NCBI GenBank assembly: GCA_035524595.1
Contig: DATKOP010000044.1
Span: 10,792 to 74,791 of the forward strand
DNA length: 64,000 bases
DNA from: Steroidobacteraceae bacterium
Lineage (GTDB): Bacteria > Pseudomonadota > Gammaproteobacteria > Steroidobacterales > Steroidobacteraceae
Direction: 5' to 3'
Shown: positions 49,289 to 58,188 of the stretch, piece by piece
How positions within the stretch are numbered: the first letter of the stretch is position 1
How the letters are laid out: each line of letters opens with the position of its first letter
Position numbers and translations under genes: made by a program
Notes under the pieces: model-generated
Told to the model about the DNA's origin: nothing
The model's input: only the letters and a program-made list of their open reading frames with translations
The model's database searches: none

Positions 49289-50410
49289 TCAGGCGCCGCC
49301 GAGCCCGCGCGCGGGCAGCGCCGGCAAGGCCGCGGGCGGCGCGTGCTCGAGTATCGGCGCGCCGCCCAGGCACTCCTCGGCCTGGTAGAAGGCCGCGTAC
49401 TGGCCGGGCGCCACCGCGCGCATCGGCGTCGCGAGCGCGACCTCGGCGCCGGCGGCCGACCAGCGCACGCGCGCCGGCACCGGCGCCTGCCGGTGGCGCA
49501 CCTGCACCGCGCACTCGATCTCGGCCGGCGGCGGCGCGCCGAGCCAGCGCACCGGTGCGGTCGCGAAGCCCACCGACTGCAGCAGCGGGTGGTCGTGGCC
49601 CTGGACCACGACGAGCGCATTGCGCCGCGCGTCCTTGGCGGCGACGTACCAGGGCAGGGCGCTGCGGGCGCGCAGGCCGCCGATGCCGAGCCCCTGGCGC
49701 TGGCCGATCGTGTGGAACATCAGGCCGCCGTGCGTGCCGAGCCACTCGCCGTCCGGCGTCTCGATCGGCCCCGGCGCGGGCGCGAGGTAGCCGGCGAGGA
49801 AGTCGCGGAACGGCCGCTCGCCGATGAAGCAGATGCCGGTGCTGTCGGGACGGTCGTGCACCGCCAGCCCGGCCTGGCGCGCGAGCTCGCGCACCTCGCC
49901 CTTGAGGAGCTCGCCGAGCGGGAACAGCGCCGCGCCGAGCGCCGCCCGCGGCACCTGCTGCAGGAAGTAGCTCTGGTCCTTGTCGGCGTCGCGGGCGCGC
50001 AGCAGCCGCGGGCCGCCGGCGCCCGCCACGAGGCGCGCGTAGTGGCCGGTCGCGAGGCGCCCGGCGCCGAGCCGGCGCGCGTAGTCGAGGCAGACGCCGA
50101 ACTTGACCTCGCGGTTGCAGAGCACGTCGGGGTTCGGCGTGCGCCCGGCGCGGTACTCGGCGAGGAACTCGCCGAACACGCGCTCGCGGTACTCGGCCGC
50201 GAAGCTGACCCGGTGCAGCACGAGGCCGAGCTCCCCGGCCACCGCGCGCGCCGCCTGCCAGTCGGCCGCGGCGCTGCAGTAGCCGTCCTCGCCGGCCTCC
50301 CAGTTGGTCATGTGCAGCGCTTCGACCTGGTGCCCGGCGCGCTTCAGCAGCAGCGCCGCGACCGCCGAATCCACGCCGCCCGACAACGCCACGATGACGC
50401 GCTCGCCCAT
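49289..50410 (-). CDS. mnmA: tRNA 2-thiouridine(34) synthase
   Basis: ATG 50410. PP-loop 'VALSGGVDSAVAALLL', 'YCSAAADWQAARAVA', 'RTPNPDVLCNREVKF', 'DQSYFL'. Confidence 0.92.
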   Translation of the reverse strand: MGERVIVALSGGVDSAVAALLLKRAGHQVEALHMTNWEAGEDGYCSAAADWQAARAVAGELGLVLHRVSFAAEYRERVFGEFLAEYRAGRTPNPDVLCNREVKFGVCLDYARRLGAGRLATGHYARLVAGAGGPRLLRARDADKDQSYFLQQVPRAALGAALFPLGELLKGEVRELARQAGLAVHDRPDSTGICFIGERPFRDFLAGYLAPAPGPIETPDGEWLGTHGGLMFHTIGQRQGLGIGGLRARSALPWYVAAKDARRNALVVVQGHDHPLLQSVGFATAPVRWLGAPPPAEIECAVQVRHRQAPVPARVRWSAAGAEVALATPMRAVAPGQYAAFYQAEECLGGAPILEHAPPAALPALPARGLGGA

Positions 50411-50439
50411 CGGCGCAGTATAGCTAACGCGGCGCGGCC

Positions 50440-50955
50440 TCAGCCGGAGAGCACCTGCGCGCGCGGGGTCGCGCACTGGTTCCAGCCGGTGTCGAAGTGC
50501 TCGAGGTAGAGGCGCGCGACGCCGGGGTTCCTGAGCTCGCAGATGCCGTCCCAGCGGCTCGCCTGCAGCCGGTACAGCGTCGCGCGGTCGTCGGCGATCA
50601 TGTAGCTGCAGGGATTGTCGCGAAACGGCGCCAGCGCGTTGCGGATCTCGATGTAGCTGGTGAGCTTGCGCGCGATCGCGATGAACTCGTGGCGGCTGTA
50701 CATGATGCGCGCCGGGTTCAGCACCAGCACGCGCACCTTGGCGAAGCGCGGCCCGAGCACCAGGCGCTTGACGGCGTCGAGGAACGGCGGGTACTCGTAG
50801 ATCTCGGACTCGAGGCTGTGCGTCAGCAGCGTCAGCACGCGCTGCGCGCTCGAGGCGACCGTGGTCGCGGCGATGCGGGCCTCGTCAACCGTCGACAGGA
50901 TCGTGCGCGGCTCCGTCAGCCGCGGGATCAGCACGTTGCTCGGCGGAAAATGCAA
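50440..50955 (-). CDS. conserved hypothetical protein (purB-mnmA neighbourhood)
   Basis: About 171 aa with good GC3 bias and non-repetitive sequence ('YEYPPFLDAVKRLVLGPRFAKVRVLVLNPARIMYSRHEFIAIARKL'). Start is TTG 50955 or GTG 50937. The 5' end overlaps the GNAT gene tail. Confidence 0.55.
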   Translation of the reverse strand: MHFPPSNVLIPRLTEPRTILSTVDEARIAATTVASSAQRVLTLLTHSLESEIYEYPPFLDAVKRLVLGPRFAKVRVLVLNPARIMYSRHEFIAIARKLTSYIEIRNALAPFRDNPCSYMIADDRATLYRLQASRWDGICELRNPGVARLYLEHFDTGWNQCATPRAQVLSG

Positions 50956-51388
50956 GCCGCATCCTCCGGTGACGGAGTCCTGCCTCGTCGAACTCGGGGC
51001 CCTCGGCGACGAAGCCGTGCGCCGCGTAGAACCCGACCGCCTCCACCTGCGCGTGCAGGTAGACGCCTGAGAGGCCCCGTCGCCGCGCGAGCTCGACCAG
51101 CCGGCGCAGCACGAGGCTGCCCACGCCGTGCCCGCGAAAGGCAGCAAGCACTGCGAGGCGGCCGATCTTACCGGTGGGCAGCAGGCGCCCCGTGCCGACT
51201 GGTTCACGCTTCGTAAGGGCGAGAACGTGAACGGCGCCCGGATCGGCGCCGTCCCACTCGAGCGCCGCGGGTACGCCCTGCTCGATCACGAACACCTGCT
51301 CGCGGATCGGCCTGAGGCGCGCGCCGACCGCGGCCCAGTCGCCGACCAAGAGCTCCACCGCAGGCCGCGCGGCGCGGCGCTCAGGCAT
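50885..51388 (-). CDS. GNAT-family N-acetyltransferase
   Basis: 'IREQVFVIEQGVP', acetyl-CoA motif 'IGRLAVLAAFRGHGVGSLVLRRLVELARRRG', 'VGFYAAHGF'. Its start overlaps the purB stop. Confidence 0.85.
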   Translation of the reverse strand: MPERRAARPAVELLVGDWAAVGARLRPIREQVFVIEQGVPAALEWDGADPGAVHVLALTKREPVGTGRLLPTGKIGRLAVLAAFRGHGVGSLVLRRLVELARRRGLSGVYLHAQVEAVGFYAAHGFVAEGPEFDEAGLRHRRMRLAFSAEQRADPAADGAAHDPVDG

Positions 51389-52766
51389 CGCGGCCGAGGT
51401 CGCGCGCGAGGCCGAGGTAGTCGGCGGGGGTGAGGCGCGCGAGCCGCTCGCGCTCCTCCGCCGGCAGCGGCAGCTTGGCGACGAAGGCCGCGAGCGCCGC
51501 GGCGTCGATGCGCTGGCCGCGGGTCAGCGCCTTGAGGCGCTCGTAGGCGTTCGGCACGCCGTAGCGGCGCATCACCGTCTGCACCGCCTCGCCGAGCACC
51601 TCCCAGTTGGCGTCGAGGTCCGCCGCCATGCGCGCCGGGTCCGGCTCGAGGCGCCCGAGCCCGCGCTCGATCGACTTGAAGGCGAGCAGCGCGTGCGCGA
51701 GCGCGACGCCGAGGTTCCTGAGCACCGTCGAGTCGGTCAGGTCGCGCTGCCAGCGCGACACCGGCAGCTTGTCGGCGAAGTGCCGCAGCAGCGCGTTGGC
51801 GAGGCCGAGGTTGCCCTCGCCGTTCTCGAAGTCGATCGGGTTGACCTTGTGCGGCATCGTCGAGCTGCCGACTTCGCCGGCGACCACGCGCTGGCGGAAG
51901 TAGCCGAGCGAGACGTAGCCCCAGACGTCGCGCGCCAGGTCGATCAGGATCGTGTCGGCGCGCGCCAGCGCGTCGCAGTACTCGGCGATCCAGTCGTGCG
52001 GCTCGATCTGCACCGTGTACTCGTTGCAGCCGAGGCCGAGCCTCTCGACGAAGCGGCGCGTCGCGCCGCGCCAGTCGCGGTCCGGGTAGGCGGCGAGGTG
52101 CGCGTTCCAGTTGCCGACCGCGCCGTTCATCTTGCCGAGCGGCGCGACCGCGGCGAACGCGGCCTCGGCGCGCGCGAGGCGCCGCGCGACCACGCCGAGC
52201 TCCTTGCCGAGCGTGGTCGGGCTCGCCGCCTGGCCGTGGGTGCGCGACAGCATCGGCTGCGCCGCGTACTCGTGCGCGCGCGCGGCGAGCGCGGCGCGGA
52301 TGCGGCCGAGCGCCGGCAGCAGCACCTGCTCGCGCGCCGCGCGCAGCATCAGCGCGTAGGCGAGGTTGTTGATGTCCTCCGAGGTGCAGGCGAAGTGCAC
52401 GAACTCGAGCTCGGCGGGCGAGGCGCCCGCCGCCGCGAGCCGGCCGCGCACGAAGTACTCGACCGCCTTGACGTCGTGGTTGATCTGCTGCTCCTCGGCC
52501 TTGACCGCGGCCGCCTCGCCGGGCGCGGCGCGTGCGGCGAGCTCGGCGGCGGCGTCGAGCACCGGCCGCCTGAGCGATGCGAGCTCGGGCAGGCGCAGGT
52601 CCTCGGCCAGGAACAGGAACCACTCTGCCTCGACGCGGACGCGGTGCCGGATCAGGGCCGCCTCGCTGAACAGCGCGCGCAGCTCGCGGCAGCGGTCCGC
52701 GTAGCGGCCGTCGACGGGGGACAGCGCCTCGAGGGCGGCCGACGGCTCCGCAGTGCGATCGGTCAC
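51381..52766 (-). CDS. purB: adenylosuccinate lyase
   Basis: 'LSPVDGRYADRC', signature 'GSSTMPHKVNPIDFEN'. 461 aa, the size class of enterobacterial PurB. Confidence 0.93.
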   Translation of the reverse strand: MTDRTAEPSAALEALSPVDGRYADRCRELRALFSEAALIRHRVRVEAEWFLFLAEDLRLPELASLRRPVLDAAAELAARAAPGEAAAVKAEEQQINHDVKAVEYFVRGRLAAAGASPAELEFVHFACTSEDINNLAYALMLRAAREQVLLPALGRIRAALAARAHEYAAQPMLSRTHGQAASPTTLGKELGVVARRLARAEAAFAAVAPLGKMNGAVGNWNAHLAAYPDRDWRGATRRFVERLGLGCNEYTVQIEPHDWIAEYCDALARADTILIDLARDVWGYVSLGYFRQRVVAGEVGSSTMPHKVNPIDFENGEGNLGLANALLRHFADKLPVSRWQRDLTDSTVLRNLGVALAHALLAFKSIERGLGRLEPDPARMAADLDANWEVLGEAVQTVMRRYGVPNAYERLKALTRGQRIDAAALAAFVAKLPLPAEERERLARLTPADYLGLARDLGRDA

Positions 52767-52823
52767 GGGCAGGCCTCGTTCCGGTGCTAGGATTACAGGC
52801 CATCCAGTATAGCCCGCACCGGG

Positions 52824-54215
52824 ATGTCAGAAACGCAACCGAGGCTCGAACACGACAGCATGGGCGCCGTCGAGGTCCCGGCGGCGGCGCTGTGGGGCGC
52901 GCAGACCGAGCGCGCGCGCCGCAACTTCACGCTCAGCGGCCTCGTGCTGCCGGCGCGCTTCATCGAGGCGCTGGCGCTGACCAAGTGGGCCGCGGCCCGC
53001 GCCAACGCCGCGCTCGGCGGCCTCGAGCCGCGCCTCGCGGCGGCGATCGAGCGCGCCGCGCTCGCGATCGCCGGCGGTGCGCACGCCGACGCCTTCCCGC
53101 TCGACGTGTTCCAGACGGGCTCGGGCACCAGCACCAACATGAACGTCAACGAGGTGATCGCGCACCTCGCCGGCCGCGAGCTCGGCACCGCGGTGCACCC
53201 CAACGACGACGTCAACCGGAGCCAGAGCAGCAACGACTGCATCCCGACCGCGATCCACGTCGCCGCCGCGCTCGGCCTCGAGCGCGAGCTCGAGCCCGCG
53301 CTCGCGCACCTCGCCGCGACCATCGCCGCCCGCGAGCGCGAGCTCGCCGGCGTCGTCAAGACCGGCCGCACCCACCTGATGGACGCGCTGCCGCTGACGC
53401 TCGGCCAGGAGCTGTCGGCCTGGCGCACGCAGGTCGAGGATGCGCGCGCGCGCCTCGCGGCGGTGCGGCCGCGCCTCTACCGGCTCGCGCAGGGCGCGAC
53501 CGCGGTCGGCACCGGGCTCAACGCGCCGCCCGGCTTCGGCGCGCGGGTCGCCGCGGAGCTCGCGGCCCGCACGGGCCTCGCGTTCGTGCCGCACCCGAAC
53601 CCGTTCGCGGCGCTCGCCGCGCAGGACGCGGCGGTCGAGTGCTCCGGCCAGCTGCGCGCGCTCGCGGTGGCGCTGACCAAGATCGCCAACGACCTGCGCT
53701 GGATGAACTCCGGCCCGCTGGCCGGCCTCGGCGAGATCAGCCTGCCGGCGCTGCAGCCGGGCTCGTCGATCATGCCTGGCAAGGTGAACCCGGTGGCGCC
53801 GGAGGCGGTCGCGATGCTGGCCGCGCAGGTCGTCGGCCTCGACGCCGCGATCGCGCTCGCCGGCGCCTCCGGCAACTTCCAGCTGAACGTCATGCTGCCC
53901 TTGATCGCCTACGACCTGTGCGCCGAGATCACGCTGCTCGCGGGCGGCGCCCGGCTGCTCGCCGACGGCGCGATCGCCGGCTTCGTGGTCGACGCGGCCC
54001 GGCTCGCGGCGCCGCTCGCGCGCAACCCCATCCTGGTGACCGCGCTCAACGCGCTGATCGGCTACGAGGCCGGCGCCGCGATCGCCAAGGAGGCCTACGC
54101 GAGCGGCGCGCCGATCATCGAGGTCGCCGCGCGCCGCACCGGCATCGACCGCGCCGAGCTCGAGCGGCTGCTGGATCCCGCGCGCCTGACGCGCGCCGCC
54201 GGCGGGCCGGGATGA
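52824..54215 (+). CDS. fumC: class II fumarate hydratase
   Basis: 'EHDSMGAVEVPAAALWGAQTERA', signature 'GSSIMPGKVNP'. Confidence 0.95.
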   Translation: MSETQPRLEHDSMGAVEVPAAALWGAQTERARRNFTLSGLVLPARFIEALALTKWAAARANAALGGLEPRLAAAIERAALAIAGGAHADAFPLDVFQTGSGTSTNMNVNEVIAHLAGRELGTAVHPNDDVNRSQSSNDCIPTAIHVAAALGLERELEPALAHLAATIAARERELAGVVKTGRTHLMDALPLTLGQELSAWRTQVEDARARLAAVRPRLYRLAQGATAVGTGLNAPPGFGARVAAELAARTGLAFVPHPNPFAALAAQDAAVECSGQLRALAVALTKIANDLRWMNSGPLAGLGEISLPALQPGSSIMPGKVNPVAPEAVAMLAAQVVGLDAAIALAGASGNFQLNVMLPLIAYDLCAEITLLAGGARLLADGAIAGFVVDAARLAAPLARNPILVTALNALIGYEAGAAIAKEAYASGAPIIEVAARRTGIDRAELERLLDPARLTRAAGGPG

Positions 54216-54886
54216 GCGCCGCCGCGGACGCCGCCACCGCGCCGGCGGCGCTGCGCGCCCGGCTGCGCGCGCGCCTCGCCGGCACGCGACCGAGCGGCCC
54301 GGGCGAGGGCACGCTCGCGGGCCTGCCGCGCGAGATCAGCGACCGCTACCGCCACCTCCTGCCGGCGGCGCTGACCAAGGCCGCGGTGCTGGTGCCGATC
54401 CTCGACCACGCCGACGGGCTGACCGTGCTCCTGACCGAGCGCGCGCCGGACCTCAGGCACCACCCCGGCCAGATCTCGTTCCCGGGCGGGCGCCTCGAGA
54501 CGAGCGACGCGGGGCCGCTCGAGGCGGCGCTGCGCGAGACCGAGGAGGAGATCGGCCTGCCGCGCGGCGGCATCGAGGTGCTCGGCTTCCTGCCGGACCA
54601 CCTGATCGTCACCGGCTACTCGATCACGCCGGTGGTCGCGCTGGTGGCGCCCGGCCGGCCGCTTCGGCTCGACCCGGTGGAGGTGGCGTCGGTGTTCGAG
54701 GTGCCGCTCGCGTTCCTGCTCGATCCGGCCAACCACCGCCTCAGGCGGCGCCCGGTCGGCGACGGCTTCATCGAGCTCTACGACATCCCCTTCGGCCAGC
54801 GCAACATCTGGGGTGCGACCGCCGGCATGCTGCTGACGCTGTGCCGGCTGCTGGCGCCGCCGCCGGCCGCGGAGACTCCGGCATGA
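54212..54886 (+). CDS. NUDIX hydrolase, CoA pyrophosphatase type
   Basis: ATG 54212 overlaps the fumC stop (ATGA). Nudix box 'GQISFPGGRLETSDAGPLEAALRETEEEIGL'. 'LPILD'-like upstream motif ('VLVPILDHADG'). Confidence 0.85.
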   Translation: MSAAADAATAPAALRARLRARLAGTRPSGPGEGTLAGLPREISDRYRHLLPAALTKAAVLVPILDHADGLTVLLTERAPDLRHHPGQISFPGGRLETSDAGPLEAALRETEEEIGLPRGGIEVLGFLPDHLIVTGYSITPVVALVAPGRPLRLDPVEVASVFEVPLAFLLDPANHRLRRRPVGDGFIELYDIPFGQRNIWGATAGMLLTLCRLLAPPPAAETPA

Positions 54887-55653
54887 AGGAGCTGCTCGAG
54901 ATCATGGCTCGGCTCCGGGACCGCGAGCGCGGCTGCCCGTGGGACCTCGAGCAGACCTTCGCGACCATCGCGCCGTACACGATCGAGGAGGCCTACGAGG
55001 TGGCCGACGCGATCGAGCGTGGCGACCTCGGGGCGCTCGAGGAGGAGCTCGGCGACCTGCTGCTGCAGGTGGTGTTCCACGCCCAGATCGCTGACGAGCA
55101 GGGCGCCTTCGACTTCGAGCGGGTCGCGCGCGGCATCGCCGCGAAGCTGGTGCGGCGCCATCCGCACGTGTTCGGCGACGAGCGGCTCGCCGGCGCCGCG
55201 GCGCAGGCGGCGCGCTGGGAGGAGATCAAGGCCGCGGAGAAGGCCGCCGCGGGCCGGGAGGCGGGCCTGCTTGACGACGTGCCGCGCAACCTGCCGGCGC
55301 TCAGCCGCGCCGTGAAGCTCGGCCGGCGCGCGGCGCGCATCGAGTTCGACTGGAAGGACGCCGCCGGCGCCCGCGCCAAGGTCGCCGAGGAGCTCGCGGA
55401 GCTCGACGCCGCGATCGCGGGCGGGCGGCCGGAGCGTGTCGGCCACGAGGTCGGTGACCTCTTGCTCGCGGTTGCGAACCTCGCGCGCCACCTCGGCGTC
55501 GACGCGGAGGGGGCGCTGCGCGCCGCCAACCGCCGCTTCGAGTCGCGCTTCCGGCACGTCGAGGCGAGCGTCGCGGCGGGCGGCGGCCGCTCGGCCGAGG
55601 AGCTCGAGCGCTACTGGCAGGAGGCCAAGGCGGCCGAGCGCGGGCGCGGCTGA
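54883..55653 (+). CDS. mazG: nucleoside triphosphate pyrophosphohydrolase
   Basis: ATG 54883 overlaps the preceding stop. 'CPWDLEQTFATIAPYTIEEAYEVADAIE', 'ELGDLLLQVVFHAQ', second repeat 'EVGDLLLAVANLARH'. Confidence 0.9.
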   Translation: MKELLEIMARLRDRERGCPWDLEQTFATIAPYTIEEAYEVADAIERGDLGALEEELGDLLLQVVFHAQIADEQGAFDFERVARGIAAKLVRRHPHVFGDERLAGAAAQAARWEEIKAAEKAAAGREAGLLDDVPRNLPALSRAVKLGRRAARIEFDWKDAAGARAKVAEELAELDAAIAGGRPERVGHEVGDLLLAVANLARHLGVDAEGALRAANRRFESRFRHVEASVAAGGGRSAEELERYWQEAKAAERGRG

Positions 55654-55658
55654 GGCCG

Positions 55659-55680
55659 GTTCAGCGCCCGTTCAGCGCCC
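55659..55680 (+). promoter_or_regulatory. tandem direct repeat GTTCAG-N5-GTTCAG-N5 (candidate OmpR/PhoB-family operator)
   Basis: GTTCAGCGCCC repeated exactly twice head-to-tail (11-bp period), about 145 nt upstream of the PepSY-RR-HK unit. Confidence 0.3.
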
Positions 55681-55822
55681 GGGAGCGAGCCTCGCGGGGC
55701 GCCCGCAGTCCGGGCGCTGGCCCGTCCGGGCCCGCGGAGCCGTCATGCCGTACGCCGATCCCTGCCGCCACGCCGCCCCGCGCGCCGACGCGGGCCGCCC
55801 GGCGAGCCGCTAGACTCTCGCC

Positions 55823-56131
55823 ATGCGCGCCCGACTGCCGTTGCCAGCGCTCGCCGCGGTCACGCTCGCGCTCGCACTCGCGCCACCGCCGCCGGCCGCG
55901 GCGTCCGGCAGCGAGCCGGCGCCGCCGCCCGGCGCCGAGCGGCGACCGGAGGCGGCGCTGCTGACGCTCGACGCGGCGGTCGAGCTCGTCAAGCGGCGCT
56001 ACGAGGCGCGCGTGCTGCGCGCCGAGGAGGCGCACGAGGGCGAGGAGATCTACTACCGGATCCGCCTGCTCGCGGCCGACGGGCGGGTCTTCGACGTGCG
56101 GGTCAACGCCCGCACCGGCAGCCTGGAGTAG
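55823..56131 (+). CDS. PepSY-domain secreted protein
   Basis: Signal peptide. 'LTLDAAVELVKRRYEARVLRAEEAHEGEEIYYRIRLLAADGRVFDVRVNARTG'. Confidence 0.75.
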   Translation: MRARLPLPALAAVTLALALAPPPPAAASGSEPAPPPGAERRPEAALLTLDAAVELVKRRYEARVLRAEEAHEGEEIYYRIRLLAADGRVFDVRVNARTGSLE

Positions 56132-56133
56132 CC

Positions 56134-56832
56134 GTGCGCATCTGCATCATCGAGGACGAGCCGGCGCTGCGCGAGCAGCTCGCCGCGGCGCTGCGCCGCG
56201 CGGGCCACACGGTCGACGCCGCCGCCGACGGCACCGAGGGGCTGTATGCGCTCAGGGAGTACCCGGCGGACCTCGCGATCGTCGACCTCGGGCTGCCCGG
56301 CATCGCCGGACTCGAGCTGATCCGCACCGCGCGCAAGGAAGGCCGGCGGCTGCCGATCCTGATCCTGACCGCGCGCGACCGCTGGCAGGACAAGGTCGCC
56401 GGCCTCGAGGCCGGGGCCGACGACTACGTCACCAAGCCCTTCCAGGTGGAGGAGGTGCTGGCGCGCGTGCAGGCGCTGATCCGCCGCGCCGCTGGCCACG
56501 CGGATCCGGTGCTGAGCGCCGGGCCGATCGCGCTCGACACCCGCAGCCAGGCCGTGACCGTCGCCGGCCAGCCGATCGAGCTGACCTCCTTCGAGTACCG
56601 GCTGCTCGAGTACCTGATGCTGCACGCCGGCCAGGTGGTGTCGAAGGGCGAGCTGACCGACAAGCTCTACGAGCACGACGCCGAGCGCGACAGCAACACC
56701 ATCGAGGTGTTCGTCGGCCGCCTGCGCCGCAAGCTCGACCCCGACGACCGCTTCCGCCCGATCGAGACCTTGCGCGGCCGGGGCTACCGGCTGCAGCCGG
56801 AGGCGCCCGCCGCCGACCCCGCACGGGCATGA
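56134..56832 (+). CDS. OmpR/PhoB-family response regulator (PhoP-like)
   Basis: 'ICIIEDEPAL', 'DLAIVDLGLPG', 'LILTARD', 'GADDYVTKPF', winged helix 'FEYRLLEYLMLHAGQVVSK...TLRGRGYRL'. Confidence 0.9.
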   Translation: MRICIIEDEPALREQLAAALRRAGHTVDAAADGTEGLYALREYPADLAIVDLGLPGIAGLELIRTARKEGRRLPILILTARDRWQDKVAGLEAGADDYVTKPFQVEEVLARVQALIRRAAGHADPVLSAGPIALDTRSQAVTVAGQPIELTSFEYRLLEYLMLHAGQVVSKGELTDKLYEHDAERDSNTIEVFVGRLRRKLDPDDRFRPIETLRGRGYRLQPEAPAADPARA

Positions 56833-58187
56833 AGTCGCTCGGGGCCCGGCTGGTCGTCACGCTGTCCGCGTTGTTGGTAGTGGGTTTCGGGCTGACGATC
56901 GCCGCGCTCGACTTCTCGTTCCGCGGCCTCGCCGAGCGCGCGCGCCGCGACGTGCTCGAGGCCGACGTCGACGCGCTGATCGCGGCCGCCGAGTTCGACC
57001 GCCAGGGGCGGCTCGCGCCGGACGAGCAGCAGCTGTCGGAGCCGCGGCTGAAGACGCCGGGCTCGGGGCTGGTGGCGCTGGTTCGCGCCCGGCGCGGCGG
57101 CGAGAGCTGGCGCTCGGCCTCCGCGGTCGGCCTGACGCTCAGGGTGGACGATGACCTCAGGCCCGGCGAGCGGCGCGCACGGCGCCTCACGGCGCCCGAC
57201 GGCACGCGCTTCCTGGCGTTCTCGCTCGGCGTCGCCTGGGAGAGCTCGCGCGGCAAGAGCCGCGAGTACGTGTTCACGGCGGCCGAGAACCTCGAGCCCT
57301 ACTACTCGCAGCTGTATCGCTTCCGGGTCGAGCTGCTGGCCGGGTTCGTGGCCTTCACCGCGGTGCTGCTGCTCGGGGTCGTGCTCAGCCTCAGGCACCT
57401 GTTGCGGCCGCTCAGGCGCATCGAGTCCGAGATCGCCGAGATCGAGGCCGGCCGGCGCGAGCGCCTCGGCGATCACTGGCCGCGCGAGCTGGTCGGCGTC
57501 GCGCACAGCCTGAACGCGCTCCTGCGCGTCGAGCACGAGCGCCTCGCCCGCTACCGCAACACGGTCGGCAACCTCGCGCACAGCCTGAAGACGCCGCTGT
57601 CGGTGATGCGCGGCGCGCTCGGCGCCGGCGCCGCCCCCGACCGCGCGCTCATCGAGGCGCAGCTCGACCGCATGCAGGACATCGTCCGCCACCAGCTCGA
57701 CCGCGCCGCCGCCGCGGCGCCGGTGGTCGGCACGCACGCGCGGCCGGTGGCGCCGCTGCTGGCCGAGCTGGCCGCGGCGCTCGGCAAGGTGCACGCCGGC
57801 CGCGGCCTCGCGATCACGGTCGAGGCGGCGGCCGAGCTCGGCTACCCGATCGAGCGCGGCGACCTCCTCGAGCTCGCCGGCAACCTCGCCGACAACGCCT
57901 GCAAGTGGGCGCGCCGCGCGGTGGTCATCGCGGCCGGCGAGTGGGCGCGCGCCGACTGGCGCCGCCCCGGGCTCGTGCTCACGGTCAGCGACGACGGCCC
58001 CGGCATCCCGGCCGAGGCCCGCGCGCGGGTGCGCGGCCGCGGCGTGCGGCTCGACGAGCGGGTGCCGGGGCAGGGGCTCGGGCTCGCGATGGTCGACGAG
58101 ATCGTCAAGGCCTACGGCGGCGAGTTCGAGCTCGGCGAGAGCGCGGCCGGCGGGCTCGCCGCGATCGTGCGGCTGCCGGGCGCCTGA
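56829..58187 (+). CDS. sensor histidine kinase (PhoQ-like topology)
   Basis: ATGA overlap with the RR gene. Two TM helices flanking a ~150-aa periplasmic domain. H-box 'LAHSLKTPLSVMRG', 'NLADNACKW', 'DDGPGIP', 'GQGLGLAMV'. Confidence 0.88.
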   Translation: MKSLGARLVVTLSALLVVGFGLTIAALDFSFRGLAERARRDVLEADVDALIAAAEFDRQGRLAPDEQQLSEPRLKTPGSGLVALVRARRGGESWRSASAVGLTLRVDDDLRPGERRARRLTAPDGTRFLAFSLGVAWESSRGKSREYVFTAAENLEPYYSQLYRFRVELLAGFVAFTAVLLLGVVLSLRHLLRPLRRIESEIAEIEAGRRERLGDHWPRELVGVAHSLNALLRVEHERLARYRNTVGNLAHSLKTPLSVMRGALGAGAAPDRALIEAQLDRMQDIVRHQLDRAAAAAPVVGTHARPVAPLLAELAAALGKVHAGRGLAITVEAAAELGYPIERGDLLELAGNLADNACKWARRAVVIAAGEWARADWRRPGLVLTVSDDGPGIPAEARARVRGRGVRLDERVPGQGLGLAMVDEIVKAYGGEFELGESAAGGLAAIVRLPGA

Positions 58188-58188
58188 G

